DNA of 64,000 nt, taken from sequence record DRR723986_791, one strand, 5' to 3'. The notes under the pieces are model-generated. The model worked only from the letters and a program-made list of their open reading frames with translations, ran no database searches and had not been told where the DNA came from. The translations under genes and the position numbers were made by a program. Shown here piece by piece: positions 52,133 through 61,349 of the stretch. Numbering within the stretch: position 1 is the stretch's first letter; each line of letters opens with the position of its first letter.

Positions 52133-53839
52133 ATGACGAAAAAATCTGAGTTGGGCGGCGTTGTCCACACTTATCAAAAATACGACCCCGCCAAATTCCC
52201 ATCGCCAACACAGCCCCCACCAGACTTGGTCTCGCCCGCTTTCGAACATGCACTCATGTACGGCGAGCACAGAGAACTGACTGAAGAGGAACTTGCTCGA
52301 GCCATCAAGCTTGATCCTGAACAAATCGCTGGACTCGGGCCAAGCATCGACTTCCTTCGACAAATGCTCGAAGAGCGTCGGCGTAAAATCTTGGAGACGT
52401 ACGAGTCCCGTTCGGTGCGGAAGAAAGCCCGCAAGGTATTCCAAAAACAATCCCGTGAACTCGACGCGCCCAGGAAACTTCGCGATCTGTATCGTCGTGC
52501 CGTTGACGAAGAACAGATCCACCTTCTTGAGCGGATCTACTATGCCACAGGCGACGATACAAGCCACTTCGCTGGAGGACTCGTTCAGACTATCGAAAAC
52601 CTTGCCAACAAGTACGCAATCGACGAACTGGACAGCAAGTACGAGTTTACCGGTACGGAACGGATGTCGATTCCCAAGGCGCTGGAAATCAAGGAAGAAC
52701 TGGAGCAGATCGAAGAACTTCTGAAGCAGCTTGAAGAGGCAGCCGAGTCGGCACAGATTGGCCTGATCGACATGGAAAAGCTCGGCGAGTTCGCATCGCC
52801 AGAGGACATGTCAAATCTAGAAGAATTAAAAAACCAGGTGGAGAACATCGTTCGTGAACAGGCCGAACGACAGGGCCTGGACCGCGATCAGAACTCTGGT
52901 GCGTTCAGACTTTCACCTCAAGCCTACAAGGTCTTTCAGGGAAAACTGCTCGAACGCATCTTCTCAAATTTGCAGGCTGGACGCACCGGGCGGCACACCG
53001 GTCGCATCGACGGAGAAGGCTCAGTTGAGCTGCCCCAAACTCGCCCCTATGAGTTCGGCGACGCACTCTCCAGCATCGACATGTCACAGTCGGTCATCAA
53101 CGCCATCTTGCGGGATCCGGACGCCGCAGCAATTCGGCTGCAAGCATCGGACATCGAAGTTCACCGAACACGCAACTCCCCCAAGTGTGCAACCGTCGTC
53201 ATCATGGATATGAGCGGATCGATGCGCTATGACGGGCAGTACATGAATGTCAAACGGATGGGCCTCGCGTTGCAGGGCCTTATTACGAGCGAATATCCGG
53301 GCGACTTTCTTCGATTCATCGAAATGTACACATTTGCCAAACTGAAGGCTCCGGGTGAACTGATCAATTTAATGCCCAAACAAGTGACCATCCACGACCC
53401 TTGGGTTCGCCTGAAGGCGGATATGGCGCGAGAGGATGTTAGCGAACATCAAATTCCACCACACTTCACGAACATCCAGCACGCGTTACGGCTGGCTCGG
53501 CAGAACTTGGCGACGGTCGACACACCCAACAAACAAATCATCCTGATCACAGACGGGCTTCCGACGGCGCACTTCGAAGAGAACGAGCTCTTCATGCTTT
53601 ACCCGCCTGACCCGCAGACCGAAGCGGCGACCATGCGCGAAGGCCAAATGTGTGCTCGCGACGGGATTGTGCTCAACATGTTCCTCGTCCCAAGTTGGTC
53701 GCAGTCCGAAGAGGACATACGATTCGCATACCGGCTGGCCGAGAGCACCAAGGGACGAGTGTTCTTTACTGCAGGCAATGACCTAGACCGATTCGTAGTC
53801 TGGGACTACATCGATCGCAAACGAGAGATCTTGGGCTGA
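52133..53839 (+). CDS. VWA-domain protein, partner of the AAA ATPase (Rv0959-like)
   Basis: RPYEFGD; MIDAS MDMSGSM; FTNIQHAL; LITDGLPTAH. Confidence 0.88.
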   Translation: MTKKSELGGVVHTYQKYDPAKFPSPTQPPPDLVSPAFEHALMYGEHRELTEEELARAIKLDPEQIAGLGPSIDFLRQMLEERRRKILETYESRSVRKKARKVFQKQSRELDAPRKLRDLYRRAVDEEQIHLLERIYYATGDDTSHFAGGLVQTIENLANKYAIDELDSKYEFTGTERMSIPKALEIKEELEQIEELLKQLEEAAESAQIGLIDMEKLGEFASPEDMSNLEELKNQVENIVREQAERQGLDRDQNSGAFRLSPQAYKVFQGKLLERIFSNLQAGRTGRHTGRIDGEGSVELPQTRPYEFGDALSSIDMSQSVINAILRDPDAAAIRLQASDIEVHRTRNSPKCATVVIMDMSGSMRYDGQYMNVKRMGLALQGLITSEYPGDFLRFIEMYTFAKLKAPGELINLMPKQVTIHDPWVRLKADMAREDVSEHQIPPHFTNIQHALRLARQNLATVDTPNKQIILITDGLPTAHFEENELFMLYPPDPQTEAATMREGQMCARDGIVLNMFLVPSWSQSEEDIRFAYRLAESTKGRVFFTAGNDLDRFVVWDYIDRKREILG

Positions 53840-53867
53840 TTCTCGGGCCGAGCAGTTGTTAATCCAC

Positions 53868-53898
53868 ACTGCCGCAGCATACCTTGCGCTGCGGCAGT
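53868..53898. terminator. Probable terminator hairpin between convergent VWA gene and mtnC
   Basis: Perfect 11-bp stem actgccgcagc / gctgcggcagt with 9-nt loop, followed by cagtttt. Confidence 0.75.
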
Positions 53899-53919
53899 CA
53901 GTTTTGACTCCAGCCTGCT

Positions 53920-54654
53920 CTACACGGTAATTTCTTCGAACGAACCTATGGTCTCGACACCTAGATCCTCAGGCAACGGCTTGTTGCCGGCTCGCACACT
54001 GGCTCGCACCTGCAAGCCAGCTTCTTGAGCGGCCTGCAATTCTTCTGCAATATCGCTGACGAATAGAATCTGGCCGGCGGGCAGCCCCCAATCTGCGACG
54101 ACACGCCGGTAGCTCTCGGCTTCTTTTTTGCCACCGATGGTGGTGTCGTAGTGGCCAGACAGCAGGTGCAAGCAGTCATTCTCACCGGCAATATCTAGGT
54201 GACCGAAGAACAGCTTCTGGGCCGCTATCGAACCTGAAGAATAGATGCGAACATCGATGTCCGCGGCTCGCCAGGCTTTGATACAAGGGATCACATCCTC
54301 AAAAACGTGGGCCTTCAGTTGTCCGGAACGAAAGCCGCCGTCCCAAATGAGCCCTTGAATGGCCTTCAGCCCAGTCGCCTTGGCATCTTTGCTCATCAGC
54401 GAACGGAGCTCTTGAACAACCAGTTCCATCGCTTCGTGCTCACCAGACTGACTGGCCACCCAGGCCGACAACGACTCGTGCCCAGCGTCCTTGGCAACCA
54501 ATTCACAAGCCGCCGCGACATCGTCACGTCCGCCCTGCTCAGCTAAAAACGCTTCGAGGCGTTCCGCCACGAAAGGGAACATCACATCGTGCACGAATGA
54601 GATGCTGGATGTTGTGCCTTCAATATCAAGCAGGATTCCGGAGATCTTGGCCAC
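53920..54654 (-). CDS. mtnC: Enolase-phosphatase E1 / acireductone synthase (methionine salvage)
   Basis: ILLDIEGTTSSISFVHDVMFP; KATGLKAIQGLIW; IYSSGSIAAQKLFF; LFVSD. Confidence 0.95.
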   Translation of the reverse strand: MAKISGILLDIEGTTSSISFVHDVMFPFVAERLEAFLAEQGGRDDVAAACELVAKDAGHESLSAWVASQSGEHEAMELVVQELRSLMSKDAKATGLKAIQGLIWDGGFRSGQLKAHVFEDVIPCIKAWRAADIDVRIYSSGSIAAQKLFFGHLDIAGENDCLHLLSGHYDTTIGGKKEAESYRRVVADWGLPAGQILFVSDIAEELQAAQEAGLQVRASVRAGNKPLPEDLGVETIGSFEEITV

Positions 54655-54732
54655 AGCTTAAGCTCATTTCACGAGGAAGTTTGGAAACGGGAGAGCCCAA
54701 TTTTCGCAACCTTCTTCGAAGACGCAACCGCG

Positions 54733-56049
54733 CTAGCGTGATTGACTATTTTCACCTGAATCGGGGCGTTTCAACTGTGGCGGTAAATCGGCTGGATCTT
54801 CCCCGGTGACATCAATGTTGACGCGATAGATCCCCTGGCTCGAGTTGTAGTTGCGAGGATGCATTGCGAGTTGCGTACGCCCTTTCTTGATCGCAACAAT
54901 CACGATGTGATCGGCCTTGGTTGGGTGCGGTTTGATTTCGACAATACCCTTCTTGGTCATCCAGATCGTCGTAAAGTTGTTTGCACTGACTTCTTGGCCT
55001 TCGCCCAGGGGCAACTTTATCTCGTCGCGAGTCAGAATTGGCACCCCCTTGTCGTACGTCTCGTAGACAGAAACGTCGCGGCCGTTGACCGAAACTTCGT
55101 ACGCGGGCTTCGGAGTTGCAAAGGGATCATTTACTGCTGAATCCATCGGATCGCGACCAGCCGGCTTGACCGGTTTCGTGGCGGAAGGCCCACCGAATGG
55201 GTCACTCGGCGCGGCGCCACTCGCTCCCGGGCCACCGAATGGGTCATCCCCGCCAGAGGGTGTGCCGCTGAATGGATCATCATCGTCGAAGCCACCGAAC
55301 GGGTTTTCATCATTGCCTCCGAAGGGGTCGCCGAACGGATCTGAATTTGGCCGCGGAGGAGGAAGGATGCTGCGAAGCCATTGACTAGGAATGCCGACTC
55401 CTGCCTCGGGGTTCTCCATCATGAGCACTAGGACATCGGCAACTTTATCTTGATTCTCGCGGCGCTCTTCGATTTGTGCGCGTAACTTAGCAAGTTTTGC
55501 TTCGGCTGCATCTAATTGCTTCTGCCGTTTTGCAAGATCCTTTGCGAGCTGGTACCGCAGCAGCTTGCCAAGCTTGGCCTTGGTCGACTTGCGTACCTCA
55601 TCGTCCTCTGTTCCTCGAAGTGTCTTGACCAGCTTCGTTAGCTCTTGGCGAATCTCCTGTTCAGTTGGCTCCTCGCGACTGACACCCATGAAGAAACTGA
55701 ACTGTTGCTTGTCGTCAGCCGCTTGCGGAAGCACAAAGTCGAACGCTTCAATTTGATCGTCATAGATTTTCGACAGGTTCTTCAGATCCGCAACACGAGG
55801 ATGCCCCGTCCCAAGCTGGCTAACTGCCTGCTGCAATTGCCGTTCGGTTTCGAGCCGTTTCTCAGTCAATTGTGCTAGTATTTTGAACCGCTGCTCTTCG
55901 CGCAATGAAGCACTGGAGTTGCCTGCTTCTGCCCCCGGAATGGTAGCCGCTGGCTGATCTCCGGTCTGCCCAGGTTCTTGCGCATGTTGCCTGGCCGCTG
56001 GCAGCACAGCCAAACCTAGTATCAATAGTTGAGTGAGCTTCATTCGCAT
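54733..56049 (-). CDS. Secreted coiled-coil protein with DPF/NPF repeats and C-terminal Ig-like domain
   Basis: Signal peptide; coiled coils; 6 DPF + 1 NPF; C-terminus resembles the pilus-secretin N-terminal domain. Confidence 0.75.
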   Translation of the reverse strand: MRMKLTQLLILGLAVLPAARQHAQEPGQTGDQPAATIPGAEAGNSSASLREEQRFKILAQLTEKRLETERQLQQAVSQLGTGHPRVADLKNLSKIYDDQIEAFDFVLPQAADDKQQFSFFMGVSREEPTEQEIRQELTKLVKTLRGTEDDEVRKSTKAKLGKLLRYQLAKDLAKRQKQLDAAEAKLAKLRAQIEERRENQDKVADVLVLMMENPEAGVGIPSQWLRSILPPPRPNSDPFGDPFGGNDENPFGGFDDDDPFSGTPSGGDDPFGGPGASGAAPSDPFGGPSATKPVKPAGRDPMDSAVNDPFATPKPAYEVSVNGRDVSVYETYDKGVPILTRDEIKLPLGEGQEVSANNFTTIWMTKKGIVEIKPHPTKADHIVIVAIKKGRTQLAMHPRNYNSSQGIYRVNIDVTGEDPADLPPQLKRPDSGENSQSR

Positions 56050-56135
56050 CGCAATACTTCTTTCTATTTTAGTACCAAATACTACTTCGTCCGCCAGACA
56101 GTCCCAGTCGACCCGCGTCCAACCTCCCAACCCTG

Positions 56136-57725
56136 CTACAATTCACGCCCGCGTTTCTCTGCGGGACGATACTGTTCAAGGTGCCGAAACACTTCTTGCA
56201 TGGACTGATCGATCTGCTTCAACTCCGTGCCCCAAAGCGAGTCGTCGACCAATTGCCCTAGGTCCACGAAATCACCTTGCCCCTCCAACCGCGAGACTTG
56301 CTGACTGAAGGCGTCGATTTCGTCGTTAATCGCGGCGTCTTGAATGAGTTGCCTTCGAAGCCAAGTCCGCTCCGCACTCGAAATTGAGGCGGATTGTTGA
56401 CGCGGAACTGTATCGCTAGGCCCTGCCGCTGTGTCGCTAGGCAATGCCGCTGCGTCTTGCGAATCGGAAGTATCGTCTGACCGTGCGTTCGAAGTACGAT
56501 CGTTCTGGTTGCTGCTTGGGTAAAAGGCGATCAGACCGGCAATCAAGCCGACAACCGCCACCAAGCCGACTAACAACCGACTCACGCCGTTGTTCGGTCG
56601 GTCTAGTCGAATTTTGCCTTGTTGAATTCGGCTGAGAATTCCCTCTAGCTCCAACGCAACCTGCCGAGCGTTCGCTGGACGCCGAGCGGGTTTCTTTGCG
56701 AGACAGCGATCGATTAGGCGTCCAAGCTCGAGCGGTACGTCGCTGTTGACTTGGCTGACACTTCGATGCGACTCGGTGCAAATACAATGCAGCACTCCCA
56801 TGGCGGATTCGGCGCGGAACGGCGGGCGACCGGTTAGAACAAAATACAGCACGCTGCCGAGTGCAAACACATCGCTCGCGTGAGTAATCTCGCGTCCCTT
56901 GGCCTGCTCCGGCGACATGTAATGCGGCGTGCCAGCCACGATGCCAGTTTGCGTCAACGACGCATCATCGGCACTTCGCGCAAGTCCAAAATCGCTCAGC
57001 ACAGCCCGGTCGGTCTGCTCCTCGAGCAAGATATTCGACGGCTTTACGTCACGATGCACTAGTCCTTGATCATGCGCGGCGGCAAGGGCCTCGCAAGTCT
57101 GCTTGGCAATCCTAACCGCATCCACAATTCCAAGCGGACCACTTCGGTCGACGCGTCGCTGCAACGACTCGCCTTCAACGTAGTGCATCACCAAGTAAGG
57201 AGGCGTCGAATCGGGTTGCACGTTGTAGATTGGAATAACGTTGGGATGAAGAACCGCGGCGGCAGCTTGGGCTTCGCGTGCAAACCGGCGACGCGCGGCT
57301 GCGTTGGTTGCCAGGTGCTCCGCGAGAGCCTTAACCGCAACGACCCGGTGCAATTCGGTGTCCATTGCCTTGAAGACAATGCCCATTCCGCCTTGACCAA
57401 CCACGCGTTCAATATCGTATCGGCCAAGTCGCCCAAGCAATTCTGGATGCGTGGGCGACTCCAACATTCGAGCAGCCAACTCGGATTCGTCGGCCACCGC
57501 GGGGTGCGTCCCAGTCGAGAAATCAGCCTCGAAGCTATCGCCTTCGTCACGGTGACTTCGCTTCAGCTCGACGATCAACTCCGCGGTATCGCTCGAAGCG
57601 GCATCCGTATCCAGCCGTCCCCTGCATGTATCGCAATTATCCAGATGTCGAACCAGTTCAGCGTACTCCCCCGATGCTTCGTCCAGTTCCCCAAGTTTGA
57701 TGATATCAGCACACCTAACACTCAT
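56136..57725 (-). CDS. Ser/Thr kinase with N-terminal zinc-finger anti-sigma motif and TM
   Basis: HLDNCDTC; VGQGGMG; HRDVKPSN; DFG; GTPHYMSPE; TM; 4-bp overlap with the sigma gene. Confidence 0.93.
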   Translation of the reverse strand: MSVRCADIIKLGELDEASGEYAELVRHLDNCDTCRGRLDTDAASSDTAELIVELKRSHRDEGDSFEADFSTGTHPAVADESELAARMLESPTHPELLGRLGRYDIERVVGQGGMGIVFKAMDTELHRVVAVKALAEHLATNAAARRRFAREAQAAAAVLHPNVIPIYNVQPDSTPPYLVMHYVEGESLQRRVDRSGPLGIVDAVRIAKQTCEALAAAHDQGLVHRDVKPSNILLEEQTDRAVLSDFGLARSADDASLTQTGIVAGTPHYMSPEQAKGREITHASDVFALGSVLYFVLTGRPPFRAESAMGVLHCICTESHRSVSQVNSDVPLELGRLIDRCLAKKPARRPANARQVALELEGILSRIQQGKIRLDRPNNGVSRLLVGLVAVVGLIAGLIAFYPSSNQNDRTSNARSDDTSDSQDAAALPSDTAAGPSDTVPRQQSASISSAERTWLRRQLIQDAAINDEIDAFSQQVSRLEGQGDFVDLGQLVDDSLWGTELKQIDQSMQEVFRHLEQYRPAEKRGREL

Positions 57726-58447
57726 GGCGCTTCCCCCAATTCAGAGTGACCACCGCCTTTAGAATTGCGGAACGAGTTGTGACTGTCTGAAACCTCTTCA
57801 AAGTTAGCCTCTTCAGGGTTGGCCGCTTCCCCGTTGTCATCCCAGAACGCGCTGACTGCAGCTCGCATTCTTGCGATGACTCGACTTCGCGCTGCGTAAA
57901 CGCTGCCAAGGCGCATCTTCATGTGTTGAGCGACCGAGCCACAGGATTGCCCTTCAACGGCGGTCAACCAGAACGCCTGCCAAGTCTCCGGCTTGACTTC
58001 TCGCTGTACCTGTGCCGCACAATGACGGAACGCTGCCTTTCGAAACTCATCCTCAAGCGCGTCAGGCCCGCCGCCATCCAAGTCGCACAGCTCGTTTAGC
58101 TGCCGCAGGTTGGTGGTGCCACCACTTCCGCGGTTGCGGGACATGGCCTTCAAATGGTTCAGAAGATGATTTCGGGCGATAACTCGCAGCCACGAACGAA
58201 ACTTGGGTCGCTCCCTTCCAGGTTCACTTGCCTGAAAACGTTCAATACTGCCAGAAACCGACACGAGAACCTTCTGAACCAACTCGCGAGCGTCAGAGTC
58301 CTGCAGTCCATTGCGACGAGCAAAACTGTATAGAAATGGCTCGTAGGCATGCACGAATTCTTGCCACGCCGACTGATCGACACCGTCAATCGACGCAGCC
58401 GGTAGCCGCGCGATCAAGGTGTAGCGTGTATCGGGGGGACCAGCCAT
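57722..58447 (-). CDS. ECF sigma-70 factor, kinase-associated
   Basis: TRYTLIARL; AWQEFVHAY; FRSWLRVIARN; TWQAFWLTAVEG..SVYAARSRV. Confidence 0.92.
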   Translation of the reverse strand: MAGPPDTRYTLIARLPAASIDGVDQSAWQEFVHAYEPFLYSFARRNGLQDSDARELVQKVLVSVSGSIERFQASEPGRERPKFRSWLRVIARNHLLNHLKAMSRNRGSGGTTNLRQLNELCDLDGGGPDALEDEFRKAAFRHCAAQVQREVKPETWQAFWLTAVEGQSCGSVAQHMKMRLGSVYAARSRVIARMRAAVSAFWDDNGEAANPEEANFEEVSDSHNSFRNSKGGGHSELGEAP

Positions 58448-58576
58448 GAAGTCAGCCGTAATTGCAGTTGTGGGTTCTCTGTGAGGTTGCCCTCACAAAG
58501 TATCACAACGCAAACTACAAAACCTGACACGAGAAACGGCAGAATTCTCGAAAAACTAGCCTGAATGAATTCGACC

Positions 58577-59890
58577 TCAGCGCAAATCAAACCGAAATAC
58601 GCTCGCTCCGCCTCTTGCCGACACGCTGTTATTGCGGATGTAGAGTGATCCGTCGCTGTAGGCTGGAATCGCTCGGAACTCAAAACCGGGCTTAGAAATA
58701 GTCGTTTTGCCAGCAGTCTGGTACGCTTCGCGAGACATCGAGACGGCTGTGACTCGCCCATCGAGATTCAGCGCGAGAAGATGTTTTTCGAATGCAAGCA
58801 AATGGGCTGTTCCGAAGTTATCTTCTTGCCACAGTAGTTTTTGATTTGCCGGATCAATCGCGCGAAGACTAACGTTCCCCTGCCCTTCATAGCCGTCGAT
58901 CCCGAAAAGTACGCCGCCAGCAAAAACAGGTGTATCGTAGTGACATCCCAGCAGACGCGATCCGCGAATCAACTCGGTAAACGAATCGCCTTGAGCCTTG
59001 AAGAGCGTCGAACCAATCCCGTAGTTGGATGATAGCCAAACAGAGTCATTACCAACACTGACTGGCATCGCAGCATTGACAGTCGTTCCACGGCTACCGA
59101 ATTTCACGTCGCCTAACACATCGCCTGCGATTGGGTCCAGAATGACCGTATTGAGGCGCATGGGGACGACCAATCGGTGCTTACCATTTAGTTGCACCAA
59201 GATGGGTGACGAGTAGCTTGAGTCGTGCGACGTGGCTCTCCAAAGTGTCTTGCCGCTGGAGATGGACACTGCGACGATGCCAGCTTCGTCACGCGATCCG
59301 ACGCAGAAGATTGCTCGATCCCGCACGATAATAGGAGAGCTGCCTGCGCCGAAATAGCCGTCCCGCGCGCCGTATTCCTTTCGCAGCGGTCGCTTCCACA
59401 GAATCTTGCCGTCGGCAACATTGACGGCTGCCGCCATCCCCTCCGCGCCCCAGCATACGACCACTTCGCCGTTACTCGCTGGTGTTGCCCGTGGGCCGGG
59501 ATCAGCGTTGATCCGCGGCATGAAACTTGTCGGCCAGCCGGCTTTCCAACGTGGCTTGCCGGTTTCTTTGTCAAAGGCTTGCAGCATTTCTTGATCGCCA
59601 ATTCGGCTGAAAAGCAGAACGTTGTCACTGACGACCAGTGGTGCTGCGAATCCGGCGCCGATTGATGCCTCCCAAGCGGGCTTGAGCCGACTAGGCCAGT
59701 CCTGGGGCTGGTCCAGTTTTGCATGAGTCAGACCGTCCCGGCCGGGCCCCAAGATCTGCGGCCAGTCTTCGGCGCGAAGCCGCGGAGCTGCTAAACCGGC
59801 CATAAGGCACCAAACCGCCAGTGTTAATTGAAGCGGGGCATGATGAAAAAGGCGGCTGGGTGGTAGACTGTCGGCTGCAGAGCGAAGCAT
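58577..59890 (-). CDS. Secreted PQQ-like / BamB-like beta-propeller protein
   Basis: EDWPQILGPGRDG; repeated A.D..TG...W blades; start trimmed to ATG 59890. Confidence 0.88.
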   Translation of the reverse strand: MLRSAADSLPPSRLFHHAPLQLTLAVWCLMAGLAAPRLRAEDWPQILGPGRDGLTHAKLDQPQDWPSRLKPAWEASIGAGFAAPLVVSDNVLLFSRIGDQEMLQAFDKETGKPRWKAGWPTSFMPRINADPGPRATPASNGEVVVCWGAEGMAAAVNVADGKILWKRPLRKEYGARDGYFGAGSSPIIVRDRAIFCVGSRDEAGIVAVSISSGKTLWRATSHDSSYSSPILVQLNGKHRLVVPMRLNTVILDPIAGDVLGDVKFGSRGTTVNAAMPVSVGNDSVWLSSNYGIGSTLFKAQGDSFTELIRGSRLLGCHYDTPVFAGGVLFGIDGYEGQGNVSLRAIDPANQKLLWQEDNFGTAHLLAFEKHLLALNLDGRVTAVSMSREAYQTAGKTTISKPGFEFRAIPAYSDGSLYIRNNSVSARGGASVFRFDLR

Positions 59891-59906
59891 CTTGGGAGGT
59901 TTTCCG

Positions 59907-60950
59907 TTGGCAAAGTGGGTACGGCTGTGGGGCAAGAAACGCGGATCGCGACTGAGCGGCTGGTGGGTCGTCGGTAGCGTTGGCGAAGCTGCGTTTTTTG
60001 GCATTCTGTTCCTGCTCGGTATTGTATCCCTGACGATTGTCGTTTCGTGGCAAGTTTTCTGGCCTAATTCGACCGCCATCCCCATCGGCTTTGGTTTCTG
60101 GTTGATGGTCATCGCCTCAATATCATTCATTGTTATTGGATTGACCGCCTTCTTCGTCCAAGTGTCCCAGACACTCGCTTCCCCGGAGATGCGGAGCGCC
60201 TTGGTCGACAAAGCCAAGCGAGAACATCAGCGACGATCCGAGGGCCCCAAAGCTGGTGAGCAGCCGCAAAGCCTCCCCAAGCTTCGCCACTTGACGGATT
60301 CACCTGGCACCAAGCTGGCTTACCGGCTGGCGATTCAACGTGGAGAGACAACGCCGCTGGTCCTGAGTGCCCTTTTCGCGGCATCTTGGAACGCGATGGT
60401 TGCCGTTCTGGCTGTGATTGCGGCCCAAAAACACGCTAGCGGCTCTCCGGACTGGTTCTTGACCGCCCTGCTCTTGCCGTTTGGGACGGTCAGTTATTTT
60501 TGTGTGCGCTGGTTCTTCCGACTCTTCCGGCGACAAACCGGCGTGGGTCCGACAGCCATCGAAATTAGCGACTTACCGCTGTTGCCTGGGGAGACATACG
60601 CGTTATATCTTTGCCAGTATGGAAGTGCCACGCTGACGAATCTTCGCGTTTCGATGGTTGCCATTGAAGAAGCGATTTACGAACAGGGCACCGACATTCG
60701 CACTCAACGGGAGGAAGTAGCCCGTTTGGGGGTGCAAATCAACTCAGCGTCGGATGGTCCGCTGGTGGCTGATCCGGAGCAGCCGATCGAGTTGGACTGC
60801 ACAATTTCGCTGCCGGATGATATCATGCACTCATTCCAAGGGCAGCATAACGCGCTCACGTGGAAAATCATTGTTGAAGGAAACGCCAAGAAGTGGCCGT
60901 CGTTTTGCCGAGCTTTTCCAGTCGTCGTGTATCCGCCAAGCGCGGTTTAG
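59907..60950 (+). CDS. 4-TM membrane protein with putative C-terminal arrestin/Spo0M-like domain
   Basis: GGAGG RBS 7 nt before TTG 59907; four TMs; C-terminal LPDDIMHSFQGQHNALTWKIIV. Confidence 0.75.
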   Translation: MAKWVRLWGKKRGSRLSGWWVVGSVGEAAFFGILFLLGIVSLTIVVSWQVFWPNSTAIPIGFGFWLMVIASISFIVIGLTAFFVQVSQTLASPEMRSALVDKAKREHQRRSEGPKAGEQPQSLPKLRHLTDSPGTKLAYRLAIQRGETTPLVLSALFAASWNAMVAVLAVIAAQKHASGSPDWFLTALLLPFGTVSYFCVRWFFRLFRRQTGVGPTAIEISDLPLLPGETYALYLCQYGSATLTNLRVSMVAIEEAIYEQGTDIRTQREEVARLGVQINSASDGPLVADPEQPIELDCTISLPDDIMHSFQGQHNALTWKIIVEGNAKKWPSFCRAFPVVVYPPSAV

Positions 60951-61345
60951 CTCTCCGAGCTGAGCCAGCGATCGGACTACGCCTACTCTCTCTTCAAAAC
61001 GCGGTCGAACCGTGCGACACTCTCGAACTCGAATACTGCGTCCAGCGGGTGAGCTTGGAGCAGATTGATCGCCTTGAACTGTCGATAGTATGGTTCACCG
61101 AAGGCAAAGGCACCGAAGACATCGGTGTGCATCTTTTTGAGAGCCTCACGCCCGATCAACTCTCTGCATCGCAGCTAGAGCGCCCCGTTCGACTATCCAC
61201 GGTCTTGCCGGCTGGCCCGCTCAGCTACGAAGGCAAGCTGTTCCAGATCCGCTGGTGCGCTCGAATCCGACTATTCCTGACCAACGGCCGAGAAATCACC
61301 AGCGAGCAGCCTTTCTACCTTGGCCATCTGACCACGGAAGTCTGA
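60893..61345 (+). CDS. Small putative arrestin/Spo0M-fold protein
   Basis: WFTEGKGTEDIGVH; LPAGPLSYEGKLFQIRW; overlaps the upstream gene; start uncertain. Confidence 0.7.
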   Translation: MAVVLPSFSSRRVSAKRGLALRAEPAIGLRLLSLQNAVEPCDTLELEYCVQRVSLEQIDRLELSIVWFTEGKGTEDIGVHLFESLTPDQLSASQLERPVRLSTVLPAGPLSYEGKLFQIRWCARIRLFLTNGREITSEQPFYLGHLTTEV

Positions 61346-61349
61346 TCGG

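Noticed and set aside
59891-60217. N-terminal extension of the 546-aa propeller ORF overlapping the + strand gene
   Set aside because: The signal peptide and family start lie downstream of 59890; the extension is antisense to a gene with a clear RBS
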